The position numbers and the translations under genes were made by a program. 64,000 nucleotides of DNA, taken from NCBI GenBank assembly GCA_030390025.1, contig JASTWF010000359.1, positions 248,001 to 312,000 on the forward strand, read 5' to 3'. The notes below the pieces were generated by a model, which was not told where the DNA came from, did no database searches, and saw nothing but the letters and a program-made list of their open reading frames with translations. Positions 14,401-29,000 of this stretch are shown here, piece after piece (position 1 is the stretch's first letter; each line of letters begins with the position of its first letter). This DNA comes from Squalus acanthias. Lineage: Eukaryota.

Positions 14401-17030
14401 ACTCCAGGACTGTTACTGTACCGTGTGATATAACTCCAGGACTGTTACTGTACCGTGTGATATAACTCCAGGACTGTTACTGTACCGTGTGATATAACTC
14501 CAGGACTGTTACTGTACCGTGTGATATAACTCCAGGACTGTTACTGTACCGTGTGATATAACTCCAGGACTGTTACTGTACCGTGTGATATAACTCCAGG
14601 ACTGTTACTGTACCGTGTGATATAACTCCAGGACTGTTACTGTACCGTGTGATATAACTCCAGGACTGTTACTGTACCGTGTGATATAACTCCAGGACTG
14701 TTACTGTACCGTGTGATATAACTCCAGGACTGTTACTGTACCGTGTGATATAACTCCAGGACTGTTACTGTACCGTGTGATATAACTCCAGGACTGTTAC
14801 TGTACCGTGTGATATAACTCCAGGACTGTTACTGTACCGTGTGATATAACTCCAGGACTGTTACTGTACCGTGTGATATAACTCCAGGACTGTTACTGTA
14901 CCGTGTGATATAACTCCAGGACTGTTACTGTACCGTGTGATATAACTCCAGGACTGTTACTGTACCGTGTGATATAACTCCAGGACTGTTACTGTACCGT
15001 GTGATATAACTCCAGGACTGTTACTGTACCGTGTGATATAACTCCAGGACTGTTACTGTACCGTGTGATATAACTCCAGGACTGTTACTGTACCGTGTGA
15101 TATAACTCCAGGACTGTTACTGTACCGTGTGATATAACTCCAGGACTGTTACTGTACCGTGTGATATAACTCCAGGACTGTTACTGTACCGTGTGATATA
15201 ACTCCAGGACTGTTACTGTACCGTGTGATATAACTCCAGGACTGTTACTGTACCGTGTGATATAACTCCAGGACTGTTACTGTACCGTGTGATATAACTC
15301 CAGGACTGTTACTGTACCGTGTGATATAACTCCAGGACTGTTACTGTACCGTGTGATATAACTCCAGGACTGTTACTGTACCGTGTGATATAACTCCAGG
15401 ACTGTTACTGTACCGTGTGATATAACTCCAGGACTGTTACTGTACCGTGTGATATAACTCCAGGACTGTTACTGTACCGTGTGATATAACTCCAGGACTG
15501 TTACTGTACCGTGTGATATAACTCCAGGACTGTTACTGTACCGTGTGATATAACTCCAGGACTGTTACTGTACCGTGTGATATAACTCCAGGACTGTTAC
15601 TGTACCGTGTGATATAACTCCAGGACTGTTACTGTACCGTGTGATATAACTCCAGGACTGTTACTGTACCGTGTGATATAACTCCAGGACTGTTACTGTA
15701 CCGTGTGATATAACTCCAGGACTGTTACTGTACCGTGTGATATAACTCCAGGACTGTTACTGTACCGTGTGATATAACTCCAGGACTGTTACTGTACCGT
15801 GTGATATAACTCCAGGACTGTTACTGTACCGTGTGATATAACTCCAGGACTGTTACTGTACCGTGTGATATAACTCCAGGACTGTTACTGTACCGTGTGA
15901 TATAACTCCAGGACTGTTACTGTACCGTGTGATATAACTCCAGGACTGTTACTGTACCGTGTGATATAACTCCAGGACTGTTACTGTACCGTGTGATATA
16001 ACTCCAGGACTGTTACTGTACCGTGTGATATAACTCCAGGACTGTTACTGTACCGTGTGATATAACTCCAGGACTGTTACTGTACCGTGTGATATAACTC
16101 CAGGACTGTTACTGTACCGTGTGATATAACTCCAGGACTGTTACTGTACCGTGTGATATAACTCCAGGACTGTTACTGTACCGTGTGATATAACTCCAGG
16201 ACTGTTACTGTACCGTGTGATATAACTCCAGGACTGTTACTGTACCGTGTGATATAACTCCAGGACTGTTACTGTACCGTGTGATATAACTCCAGGACTG
16301 TTACTGTACCGTGTGATATAACTCCAGGACTGTTACTGTACCGTGTGATATAACTCCAGGACTGTTACTGTACCGTGTGATATAACTCCAGGACTGTTAC
16401 TGTACCGTGTGATATAACTCCAGGACTGTTACTGTACCGTGTGATATAACTCCAGGACTGTTACTGTACCGTGTGATATAACTCCAGGACTGTTACTGTA
16501 CCGTGTGATATAACTCCAGGACTGTTACTGTACCGTGTGATATAACTCCAGGACTGTTACTGTACCGTGTGATATAACTCCAGGACTGTTACTGTACCGT
16601 GTGATATAACTCCAGGACTGTTACTGTACCGTGTGATATAACTCCAGGACTGTTACTGTACCGTGTGATATAACTCCAGGACTGTTACTGTACCGTGTGA
16701 TATAACTCCAGGACTGTTACTGTACCGTGTGATATAACTCCAGGACTGTTACTGTACCGTGTGATATAACTCCAGGACTGTTACTGTACCGTGTGATATA
16801 ACTCCAGGACTGTTACTGTACCGTGTGATATAACTCCAGGACTGTTACTGTACCGTGTGATATAACTCCAGGACTGTTACTGTACCGTGTGATATAACTC
16901 CAGGACTGTTACTGTACCGTGTGATATAACTCCAGGACTGTTACTGTACCGTGTGATATAACTCCAGGACTGTTACTGTACCGTGTGATATAACTCCAGG
17001 ACTGTTACTGTACCGTGTGATATAACTCCA
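2481..17030 (+). repeat. Apparently invariant sub-block of the 32-bp satellite (about 454 consensus monomers)
   Basis: I saw no variant between the GGACCTTTCC monomer (~2471-2480) and the extra G at ~17031. The line phase is maintained exactly throughout. Confidence 0.9.
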
Positions 17031-20000
17031 GGGACTGTTACTGTACCGTGTGATATAACTCCGGGACTGTTACTGTACCTTGTGATATAACTCCAGGACT
17101 GTTACTGTACCGTGTGATATAACTCCAGGACCGTTACTGTACCTGTGATATAACTCCAGGACCGTTACTGTACCGCTGTGATATAACTCCAGGACTGTTA
17201 CTGTACCTGTGATATAACTCCGGCTGTTACTGTACCTGTGTGATATAACTCCGGACTGTTACTGTACCATGTGATATAACTCCAGGACTGTTACTGTACC
17301 GTGTGATATAACTCCAGGACTGTTACAGTACCGTGTGATATAACACCAGGACTATTACTGTACCGTGTGAATAACTCCAGGGACTGTTACTGTACCGTGT
17401 GATATAACTCCAGGACTGTTACTGTACCTGTGATATAACTCCGGGACTGTTACTGTACGTGTGATATAACTCCAGGACTGTTACTGTACCTTGTGATTTA
17501 TCTCCAGGACCTGTTACTGTACCTTGTGATATAACTCCAGGACTGTTACTGTACCGTGTGATATAACTCCAGGAACGTTACTGTAACCGTGTGATATAAC
17601 TCCAGGGACTTTACTGTACCTTGTGATATAACTCAGGACTGTTACTGTACCGTGTGATATAACTCCGGGACTGTTACTGTACCGTGTGATATAACTCCAG
17701 GACTGTTACTGTACCGTGTGATATAACTCCAGGACTGTTACTGTACCGTGTGATATAACTCCAGGACTGTTACTGTACCGTGTGATATAACTCCAGGACC
17801 TGTTACTGTACCTTGTGATATAACTCCAGGACTGTTACTGTACCGTGTGATATACCTCCAGGACTGTTACTGTACCGTGTGATATAACTCCAGGACTGTT
17901 ACTGTACCGTGTGATATAACTCCAGGACCTGTTACTGTACCTTGTGATATAACCCAGGACCTGTTACTGTACCGTGTGATATAACTCCAGGACTGTTACT
18001 GTACCGATGTGATATAACTCCAGGACTGTTACTGTACCGTGTGATATAACTCCAGGACTGTTACTGTACCTTGTGATATAACTCCAGGACTGTTACTGTA
18101 CCGTGTGATATAACATCCAGGACTGTTACTGTACCGTGTGATATAACTCCTTGTCTGTTACTGTACCGTGTGATATAACTCCAGGACTTTACTGTACCGT
18201 GTGATATAACTCCAGGACCGTTACTGTACCTTGTGATATAACTCAGGACTTTTACTGTACCGTGTGATAGAACTCCTGGACTGTTACTGTACCCGTGTGA
18301 TATAACTCCGGACTGTTACTGTACCGTGTGATAAAACTCCGGGCTGTGACTGTACCTTGTGATATAACTCCAGGACTGTTACTGTACCATGTGATATAAC
18401 TACAGGGACGTTCTGTCCGTGTGATATAACTCGGACTGTACTGTACCGTGTGATATACTCCAGGGACTGTTACTGTACCGTGTGATATAACTCCAGGACT
18501 GTTACTGTACCGTGTGATATAACTCCAGGACTGTTACTGTACCGTGTGATATAACTCCGGGACTGTACTGTACCGTGTGATATACTCAGGGACTGTTACT
18601 GTACCTTGTGATATAACTCCAGGACTGTTACTGTACCATGTGATATAACTCCAGGACCGTTACTGTACCGTGTGATATAACTCCAGGACTGTTACTGTAC
18701 CGTGTGATATAACTCCAGGACCTGTTACTGTACCGTGTGATATAACTCCAGGACTGTTACTGTACCTTGTGAATAACTCCAGGACCGTTACTGTACCGTG
18801 TGATATAACTCCAGGACTGTTACTGTACCGTGTGATATAACTCCAGGACTGTTACTGTACCATGTGATATAACTCAGGACCGTTACTGTTCACTTGTGAT
18901 ATAACTCCAGGACGTTACTGTACGTGTGATATAACTCCAGGACTGTTACTGTACCAGTGTGATATAACTCCAGGACCTTTACTGTACCGTGTGATATAAC
19001 TCCAGGACTGTTACTGTACCGTGTGATATAACTCCAGGACTGTTACTGTACCGTGTGATATAACTCCAGGACTGTTACTGTACCATGTGATATAACTCCA
19101 GGACCGTTACTGTACCGTGTGATATAACTCCAGGACTGTTACTGTACCGTGTGATATAAACTCCAGGACTGTTACTGTACCGTGTGATATAACTCCAGGA
19201 CGTTACTGTACCTTGTGATATAACTCCAGGACTGATACTGTACCAGGTGATGTAACTTCAGGACTGTTACTGTACCGTGTGATATAACTCCAGGACCGTT
19301 ACTGTACCATGTGATATAACTCCAGGACTGTTACTGTACCGTGTGATATAACTCCAGGACTGTTACTGTACCGTGTGATATAACTCCAGGACCTGTTACT
19401 GTACCGTGTGATATAACTCCAGGACTGTTACTGTACCATGTGATATAACTCCAGGACTGTTACTGTACCGTGTGATATAACTCCAGGACTGTTACTGTAC
19501 CGTGTGATATAACTCCAGGACTGTTACTGTACCGTGTGATATAACTCCAGGACCGTTACTGTACCGTGTGATATAACTCCAGGACTGTTACTGTACCGTG
19601 TGATATAACTCCAGGACTGTTACTGTACCGTGTGATATAACTCCAGGACTGTTACTGTACCGTGTGATATAACTCCAGGACTGTTACTGTACCGTGTGAT
19701 ATAACTCCAGGACTGTTACTGTACCGTGTGATATAACTCCAGGACTGTTACTGTACCGTGTGATATAACTCCAGGACTGTTACTGTACCATGTGATATAA
19801 CTCCAGGACTGTTACTGTACCGTGTGATATAACTCCAGGACTGTTACTGTACCGTGTGATATAACTCCAGGACTGTTACTGTACCGTGTGATATAACTCC
19901 AGGACTGTTACTGTACCGTGTGATATAACTCCAGGACTGTTACTGTACCGTGTGATATAACTCCAGGACTGTTACTGTACCGTGTGATATAACTCCAGGA

Positions 20001-23000
20001 CTGTTACTGTACCGTGTGATATAACTCCAGGACTGTTACTGTACCGTGTGATATAACTCCAGGACTGTTACTGTACCGTGTGATATAACTCCGGACTGTT
20101 ACTGTACCGTGTGATATAACTCCAGGACTGTTACTGTACCGTGTGATATAACTCCAGGACTGTTACTGTACCGTGTGATATAACTCCAGGACTGTTACTG
20201 TACCATGTGATATAACTCCAGGACTGTTACTGTACCATGTGATATAACTCCAGGACTGTTACTGTACCGTGTGATATAACTCCAGGACTGTTACTGTACC
20301 GTGTGATATAACTCCAGGACTGTTACTGTACCGTGTGATATAACTCCAGGACTGTTACTGTACCGTGTGATATAACTCCAGGACTGTTACTGTACCGTGT
20401 GATATAACTCCGGACTGTTACTGTACCGTGTGATATAACTCCAGGACTGTTACTGTACCTTGTGATATAACTCCAGGACTGTTACTGTACCGTGTGATAT
20501 AACTCCAGGACGTTACTGTACCATGTGATATAACTCCAGGACCGTTACTGTACCTGTGATATAACTCCAGGACCGTTACTGTACCTTGTGATATAACTCC
20601 AGGACTGTTACTGTACCATGTGATATAACTCCAGGACCGTTACTGTACCGTGTGATATAACTCCAGGACTGTTACTGTACCGTGTGATATAACTCCAGGA
20701 CTGTTACTGTACCGTGTGATATAACTCCAGGACCGTTACTGTACCGTGTGATATAACTCCGGACTGTTACTGTACCGTGTGATATAACTCCAGGACTTTA
20801 CTGTACCATGTGATATAACTCAGGACGTTACTGTACCGTGTGATATAACTCCAGGACTATTACTGTACCATGTGATATAACTCCGGGACTGTTACTGTAC
20901 CATGTGATATAACTCCAGGACTGTTACTGTACCGTGTGATATAACTCCAGGACCGTTACTGTACCGTGTGATATAACTCCAGGACCTGTTACTGTACCAT
21001 GTGATATAACTCCAGGACTGTTACTGTACCGTGTGATATAACTCCAGGACTGTTACTGTACCGTGTGATATAACTCCAGGACCGTTACTGTACCGTGTGA
21101 TATAACTCCAGGACGTTACTGTACCGTGTGATATAACTCCAGGACTTTTACTGTACCGTGTGATATAACTCCAGGACAGTTACTGTACCGTGTGATATAA
21201 CTCCAGGACTGTACTGTACCGTGTGATATACTCCAGGACTGTTACTGTACCGTGTATATAACTCCAGGACCGTTACTGTACCGTGTGATATAACTCCAGG
21301 ACTGTTACTGTACCGTGTGATATAACTCAGGACTGTTACTGTACCATGTGATATAACTCCAGGACCTGTTACTGTACCTTGTGATATAACTCCAGGACTG
21401 TTACTGTACCGTGTGATATAACTCCAGGACTGTTACTGTACCGTGTGATATAACTCCAGGACCGTTACTGTACCGTGTGATATAACTCCAGGACTGTTAC
21501 TGTACCGTGTGATATAACTCCGGACTGTTACTGTACCGTGTGATATAACTCCAAGACTGTTACTGTACCGTGTGATATAACTCAGGGACTTTACTGTACC
21601 CGTTGATATAACTCCAGGACCGTTACTGTACCGTGTGATTATAACTCCAGGACTGATTACTGTACCGTGTGATATAACTCCAGGACTGTTACTGTACCGT
21701 GTGATATAACTCCAGGACAGTTACTGTACCGTGTGATATAACTCCAGGACTTTACTGTACCGTGTGATATAACTCCAGGACTGTTACTGTACCGTGTGAT
21801 ATAACTCCAGGGACTGTACTGTACCGTGTGATATAACTCCAGGACTGTTACTGTACCGTGTGATATAACTCCAGGACTGTTACTGTACCGTGTGATATAA
21901 CTCCAGGACTGTTACTGTACCGTGTGATATAACTCCAGGACTATTACTGTACCGTGGTGATATAACTCCAGGACTGTTACTGTATCGTGTGATATAACTC
22001 CAGGACTATTACTGTACCGTGTGAAGAATCTCCAGGACTGTTACTGTACCGTGTGATATAACTCCGGGACTGTTACTGTACCGTGTGATATAACTCCAGG
22101 ACTATTACTGTACCGTGTGATATAACTCCGGACTGTTACTGTACCGTGTGATATAACTCCTGGACTATTACTGTACCGTGTGATAGAACTCCAGGACTGT
22201 TACTGTACCGTGTGATATAACTCCAGGACTGTTACTGTACCGTGTGATATAACTCCGGGACCGTTACTGTACCGTGTGATATAACTCCAGGACTGTTACT
22301 GTACCAGTGTGCTATAACTCCAGGACTGTTACTGTACCGTGTGATATAACTCCAGGACTGTTACTGTACCTTGTGATGTAACTCCAGGACTGTTACTGTA
22401 CGTGTGATATAACTCCGGGACTGTTACTGTACCGTGTGATATAACTCCAGGACTGTTACTGTACCGTGTGATATAACTCCAGGACTGTTACTGTACCGTG
22501 TGATATAACTCCAGGACTGTTACTGTACCGTGTGATATAACTCCAGGACTGTTACTGTACCGTGTGATATAACTCCAGGGACTGTTTACTAGTACCGTGT
22601 GATATAACTCCAGGACCGTTACTGTACCGTGTGATATAACTCCAGGTCTGTTACTGTACCGTGTGATATAACTCCAGGACTGTTACTGTAACTTGTGATA
22701 TAACTCCAGGACCGTTACTGTACCGTGTGATATACTGTCCAGGTCAGTTACTGTACCTGTGATATAACTCCAGGACTGTTACTGTACCGTGTGATTTAAC
22801 TCCTGGACTGTTACTGTACCGTGTGATATAACTCCAGGACTGTTACTGTACCGTGTGATATAACTCCAGGACTGTTACTGTACCAGTCTGATATAACTCC
22901 AGGGACTATTACTGTACCGTGTGATATAACTCCAGGACGTTACTGTCCGTGTGATATAACTCCAGGACTGTTACTGTACCGTGTGATATAACTCCAGGAC

Positions 23001-26000
23001 CGTTACTGTACCTGTGTGATATAACTCCAGGACTGTTACTGTACCGTGTGATATAACTCCAGGACCTGTTACTGTACCGTGTGATATAACTCCAGGACCG
23101 TTACTGTACCGTGTGATATAACTCCAGGACTGTTACTGTACCGTGTGATATAACTCCAGGACTGTACTGTAGCGTGTGATATAACTCCAGGGACCGTTAC
23201 TGTACCGTGTGATATAACTCCGGGACTGTTACTGTACCATGTGATATAACTCCAGGACTGTTACTGTACCGTGTGATATAACTCCAGGACTGTTACTGTA
23301 CCGTGTGATATAACTCCAGGACTGTTACTGTACCGTGTGATATAACTCCAGGACTGTTTACTGTACCGTGTGATATAACTCCAGGACAGTTACTGTACCT
23401 TGTGATATAACTCCAGGACTGTTACTGTACCGTGTGATATAACTCCAGGACTGTTACTGTACCGTGTGATATAACTCCAGGACTGTTACTGTACCGTCGT
23501 GATATAACTCCAGGACCGTTACTGTACCGTGTGATATAACTCCAGGACTGTTACTGTACCTGTGTGATATAACTCCGGGACTGTTACTGTACCGTGTGAT
23601 ATAACTCCAGGACTGTTACTGTACCTGTGATATAACTCCAGGACCTGTTACTGTACCGTGTGATATAACTCCAGGACTGTTACTGTACCGTGTGATATAC
23701 TCCAGGACCGTTACTGTACCGTGTGATATAACTCCGGGACTGTTACTGTACCGTGTGATATAACTCCAGGGACTGTTACTGTACCTGTGATATAACTCCA
23801 GGACTGTTACTGTACCGTGTGATATAACTCAGGACTGTTACTGTACCGTGTGATATAACTCCAGGACTGTTACTGTACCTTGTGATATAACTCCAGGACT
23901 GTTACTGTACCGTGTGATATAACTCAGGGACTGTTACTGTACCGTGTGATATAACTCCAGGGACCTGTTACTGTACCGTGTGATATAACTCCAGGACTTT
24001 ACTGTACCGTGTGATATAACTCCGGGACTGTTACTGTACCGTGTGATATAACTCCAGGACTGTTACTGTACCGTGTGATATAACTCCAGGACTGTTACTG
24101 TACCGTGTGATATAACTCCAGGACTGTTACTGTACCGTGTGATATAACTCCAGGACTGTACTGTACCGTGTGATATAACTCCAGGACTGTTACTGTACCG
24201 TGTGATATAACTCCGGACTGTTACTGTACCGTGTGATATAACTCCAGACTGTTACTGTACCGTGTGATATAACTCCAGGACTGTTACTGTACCGTGTGAT
24301 ATAACTCCAGGACTGTTACTGTACCGTGTGATATAACTCCAGGACTGTTACTGTACCGTGTGATATAACTCCAGGACTGTTACTGTACCGTGTGATATAA
24401 CTCCAGGACTGTTACTGTACCGTGTGATATAACTCCAGGACTGTTACTGTACCGTGTGATATAACTCCAGGACCGTTACTGTACCGTGTGATATAACTCC
24501 AGGACTGTTACTGTACCGTGTGATATAACTCCAGGACTGTTACTGTACCGTGTGATATAACTCCAGGACTGTTACTGTACCGTGTGATATAACTCCAGGA
24601 CTGTTACTGTACCGTGTGATATAACTCCAGGACTGTTACTGTACCGTGTGATATAACTCCAGGACTGTTACTGTACCGTGTGATATAACTCCAGGACTGT
24701 TACTGTACCGTGTGATATAACTCCAGGACTGTTACTGTACCGTGTGATATAACTCCAGGACTGTTACTGTACCGTGTGATATAACTCCAGGACTGTTACT
24801 GTACCGTGTGATATAACTCCAGGACTGTTACTGTACCGTGTGATATAACTCCAGGACCGTTACTGTACCGTGTGATATAACTCCAGGACTGTTACTGTAC
24901 CGTGTGATATAACTCCAGGACTGTTACTGTACCAGTGTGATATAACTCCAGGACTGTTACTGTACCGTGTGATATAACTCCAGGACTGTTACTGTACCGT
25001 GTGATATAACTCCAGGACTGTTACTGTACCGTGTGATATAACTCCGGACTGTTACTGTACCTTGTGATATAACTCCAGGACTGTTACTGTACCGTGTGAT
25101 ATAACTCCAGGACTGTTACTGTACCGTGTGATATAACTCCAGGACTGTTACTGTACCGTGTGATATAACTCCAGGACTGTTACTGTACCGTGTGATATAA
25201 CTCCAGGACTGTTACTGTACCGTGTGATATAACTCCAGGACTGTTACTGTACCGTGTGATATAACTCCAGGACCGTTACTGTACCGTGTGATATAACTCC
25301 AGGACTGTTACTGTACCATGTGATATAACTCCAGGACTGTTACTGTACCTTGTGATATAACTCCAGGACTGTTACTGTACCTTGTGATATAACTCCAGGA
25401 CTGTTACTGTACCGTGTGATATAACTCCAGGACCGTTACTGTACCGTGTGATATAACTCCAGGACTGTTACTGTACCGTGTGATATAACTCCAGGACCGT
25501 TACTGTACCGTGTGATATAACTCCAGGACTGTTACTGTACCGTGTGATATAACTCCAGGACTGTTACTGTACCGTGTGATATAACTCCAGGACTGTTACT
25601 GTACCGTGTGATATAACTCCAGGACGATTACTGTACCGTGTGATATAACTCCAGGACTGTTACTGTACCGTGTGATATAACTCCAGGACTGTTACTGTAC
25701 CGTGTGATATAACTCCAGGACTGTTACTGTACCGTGTGATATAACTCCAGGACTGTTACTGTACCGTGTGATATAACTCCAGGACTGTTACTGTACCGTG
25801 TGATATAACTCCAGGACTGTTACTGTACCGTGTGATATAACTCCAGGACTGTTACTGTACCATGTGATATAACTCCAGGACTGTTACTGTACCGTGTGAT
25901 ATAACTCCAGGACTGTTACTGTACCGTGTGATATAACTCCAGGACTGTTACTGTACCGTGTGATATAACTCCAGGACTGTTACTGTACCGTGTGATATAA

Positions 26001-29000
26001 CTCCAGGACTGTTACTGTACCTTGTGATATAACTCCAGGACTGTTACTGTACCGTGTGATATAACTCCAGGACTGTTACTGTACCATGTGATATAACTCC
26101 AGGACTGTTACTGTACCATGTGATATAACTCCAGGACTGTTACTGTACCGTGTGATATAACTCCGGACTGTTACTGTACCGTGTGATATAACTCCAGGAC
26201 TGTTACTGTACCGTGTGATATAACTCCAGGACTGTTACTGTACCGTGTGATATAACTCCAGGACTGTTACTGTACCGTGTGATATAACTCCAGGACTGTT
26301 ACTGTACCGTGTGATATAACTCCAGGACTGTTACTGTACCGTGTGATATAACTCCAGGACCTGTTACTGTACCGTGTGATATAACTCCAGGACTGTTACT
26401 GTACCGTGTGATATAACTCAGGACTGTTACTGTACCGTGTGATATAACTCCAGGACTGTTACTGTACCGTGTGATATAACTCCAGGACCTGTTACTGTAC
26501 CGTGTGATATAACTCCAGGGACTGTTACTGTAGCATTTGATATAACTCCGGGACTGTTACTGTACCTTGTGATATAACTCCGGGACTGTTACTGTACCGT
26601 GTGATATAACTCCAGGACAGTTACTGTACCGTGTGATATAACTCCAGGACCGTTACTGTACCGTGTGATATAACTCCAGGACTGTTACTGTACCTTGTGA
26701 TATAACTCCAGGACTGTTACTGTACCGTGTGATATAACTCCGGGACTGTTACTGGACCGTGTGATATAACTCCAGGACTATTACTGTACCGTGTGATATA
26801 ACTCCAGGACTATTACTGTACCGTGTGATATAACTCCGAGGACTGTTACTGTACCGTGTGATATAACTCCGGGACTGTTACTGTACCGTGTGATATAACT
26901 CCGGTACTGTTACTGTACCGTGTGATATAACTCCAGGACTGTTACTGTACCATGTGATATAACTCCAGGACTGTTACTGTACCATGTGATATAACTCCAG
27001 GACTGTTACTGTACCGTGTGATATAACTCCAGGACTGTTACTGTACCGTGTGATATAACTCCAGGACTGTTACTGTACCGTGTGATATAACTCCAGGACT
27101 GTTACTGTACCGTGTGATATAACTCCAGGACTGTTACTGTACCGTGTGATATAACTCCGGACTGTTACTGTACCGTGTGATATAACTCCGGACTGTTACT
27201 GTACCTTGTGATATAACTCCAGGACTGTTACTGTACCGTGTGATATAACTCCAGGACCGTTACTGTACCGTGTGATATAACTCCAGGACTGTTACTGTAC
27301 CGTGTGATATAACTCCAGGACTGTTACTGTACCGTGTGATATAACTCCAGGACTGTTACTGTACCATGTGATATAACTCCAGGACCGTTACTGTACCTTG
27401 TGATATAACTCCAGGACTGTTACTGTACCTTGTGATATAACTCCAGGACTGTTACTGTACCGTGTGATATAACTCCAGGACTGTTACTGTACCTTGTGAT
27501 ATAACTCCAGGACTGTTACTGTACCGTGTGATATAACTCCAGGACTGTTACTGTACCGTGTGATATAACTCCAGGACTGTTACTGTACCGTGTGATATAA
27601 CTCCAGGACTGTTACTGTACCGTGTGATATAACTCCAGGACGTTACTGTACCGTGTGATATAACTCCAGGACTGTTACTGTACCGTGTGATATAACTCCA
27701 GGACTGTTACTGTACCGTGTGATATAACTCCAGGACTGTTACTGTACCGTGTGATATAACTCCAGGACTGTTACTGTACCGTGTGATATAACTCCAGGAC
27801 CGTTACTGTACCTTGTGATATAACTCCAGGACTGTTACTGTACCGTGTGATATAACTCCAGGACCGTTACTGTACCGTGTGATATAACTCCAGGACTGTT
27901 ACTGTACCGTGTGATATAACTCCAGGACTGTTACTGTACCGTGTGATATAACTCCAGGACCGTTACTGTACCGTGTGATATAACTCCAGGACTGTTACTG
28001 TACCGTGTGATATAACTCCGGACTGTTACTGTACCGTGTGATATAACTCCAGGACTGTTACTGTACCGTGTGATATAACTCCGGACTGTTACTGTACCGT
28101 GTGATATAACTCCGGGACTGTTACTGTACCTTGTGATATAACTCCAGGACTGTTACTGTACCATGTGATATAACTCCAGGACTGTTACTGTACCGTGTGA
28201 TATAACTCCAGGACTGTTACTGTACCGTGTGATATAACTCCAGGACCGTTACTGTACCGTGTGATATAACTCCAGGACTGTTACTGTACCGTGTGATATA
28301 ACTCCAGGACCTGTTACTGTACCGTGTGATATAACTCCAGGACCGTTACTGTACCGTGTGATATAACTCCAGGACTGTTACTGTACCGTGTGATATAACT
28401 CCAGGACTGTTACTGTACCGTGTGATATAACTCCAGGACTATTACTGTACCGTGTGATATAACTCCAGGACTGTTACTGTACCGTGTGATATAACTCCAG
28501 GACTGTTACTGTACCGTGTGATATAACTCCAGGACTGTTACTGTACCGTGTGATATAACTCCAGGACTGTTACTGTACCGTGTGATATAACTCCAGGACT
28601 GTTACTGTACCGTGTGATATAACTCCAGGACTGTTACTGTACCGTGTGATATAACTCCAGGACTGTTACTGTACCGTGTGATATAACTCCAGGACTGTTA
28701 CTGTACCGTGTGATATAACTCCAGGACTGTTACTGTACCGTGTGATATAACTCCAGGACTGTTACTGTACCGTGTGATATAACTCCAGGACTGTTACTGT
28801 ACCGTGTGATATAACTCCAGGACTGTTACTGTACCGTGTGATATAACTCCAGGACTGTTACTGTACCGTGTGATATAACTCCAGGACTGTTACTGTACCG
28901 TGTGATATAACTCCAGGACTGTTACTGTACCGTGTGATATAACTCCAGGACTGTTACTGTACCGTGTGATATAACTCCAGGACTGTTACTGTACCGTGTG

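Noticed and set aside
2481..17030. TATAA in every monomer as functional TATA boxes
   Set aside because: GATATAAC is a poor match to TATAWAWR and nothing else supports a promoter. It is mentioned only as speculation.
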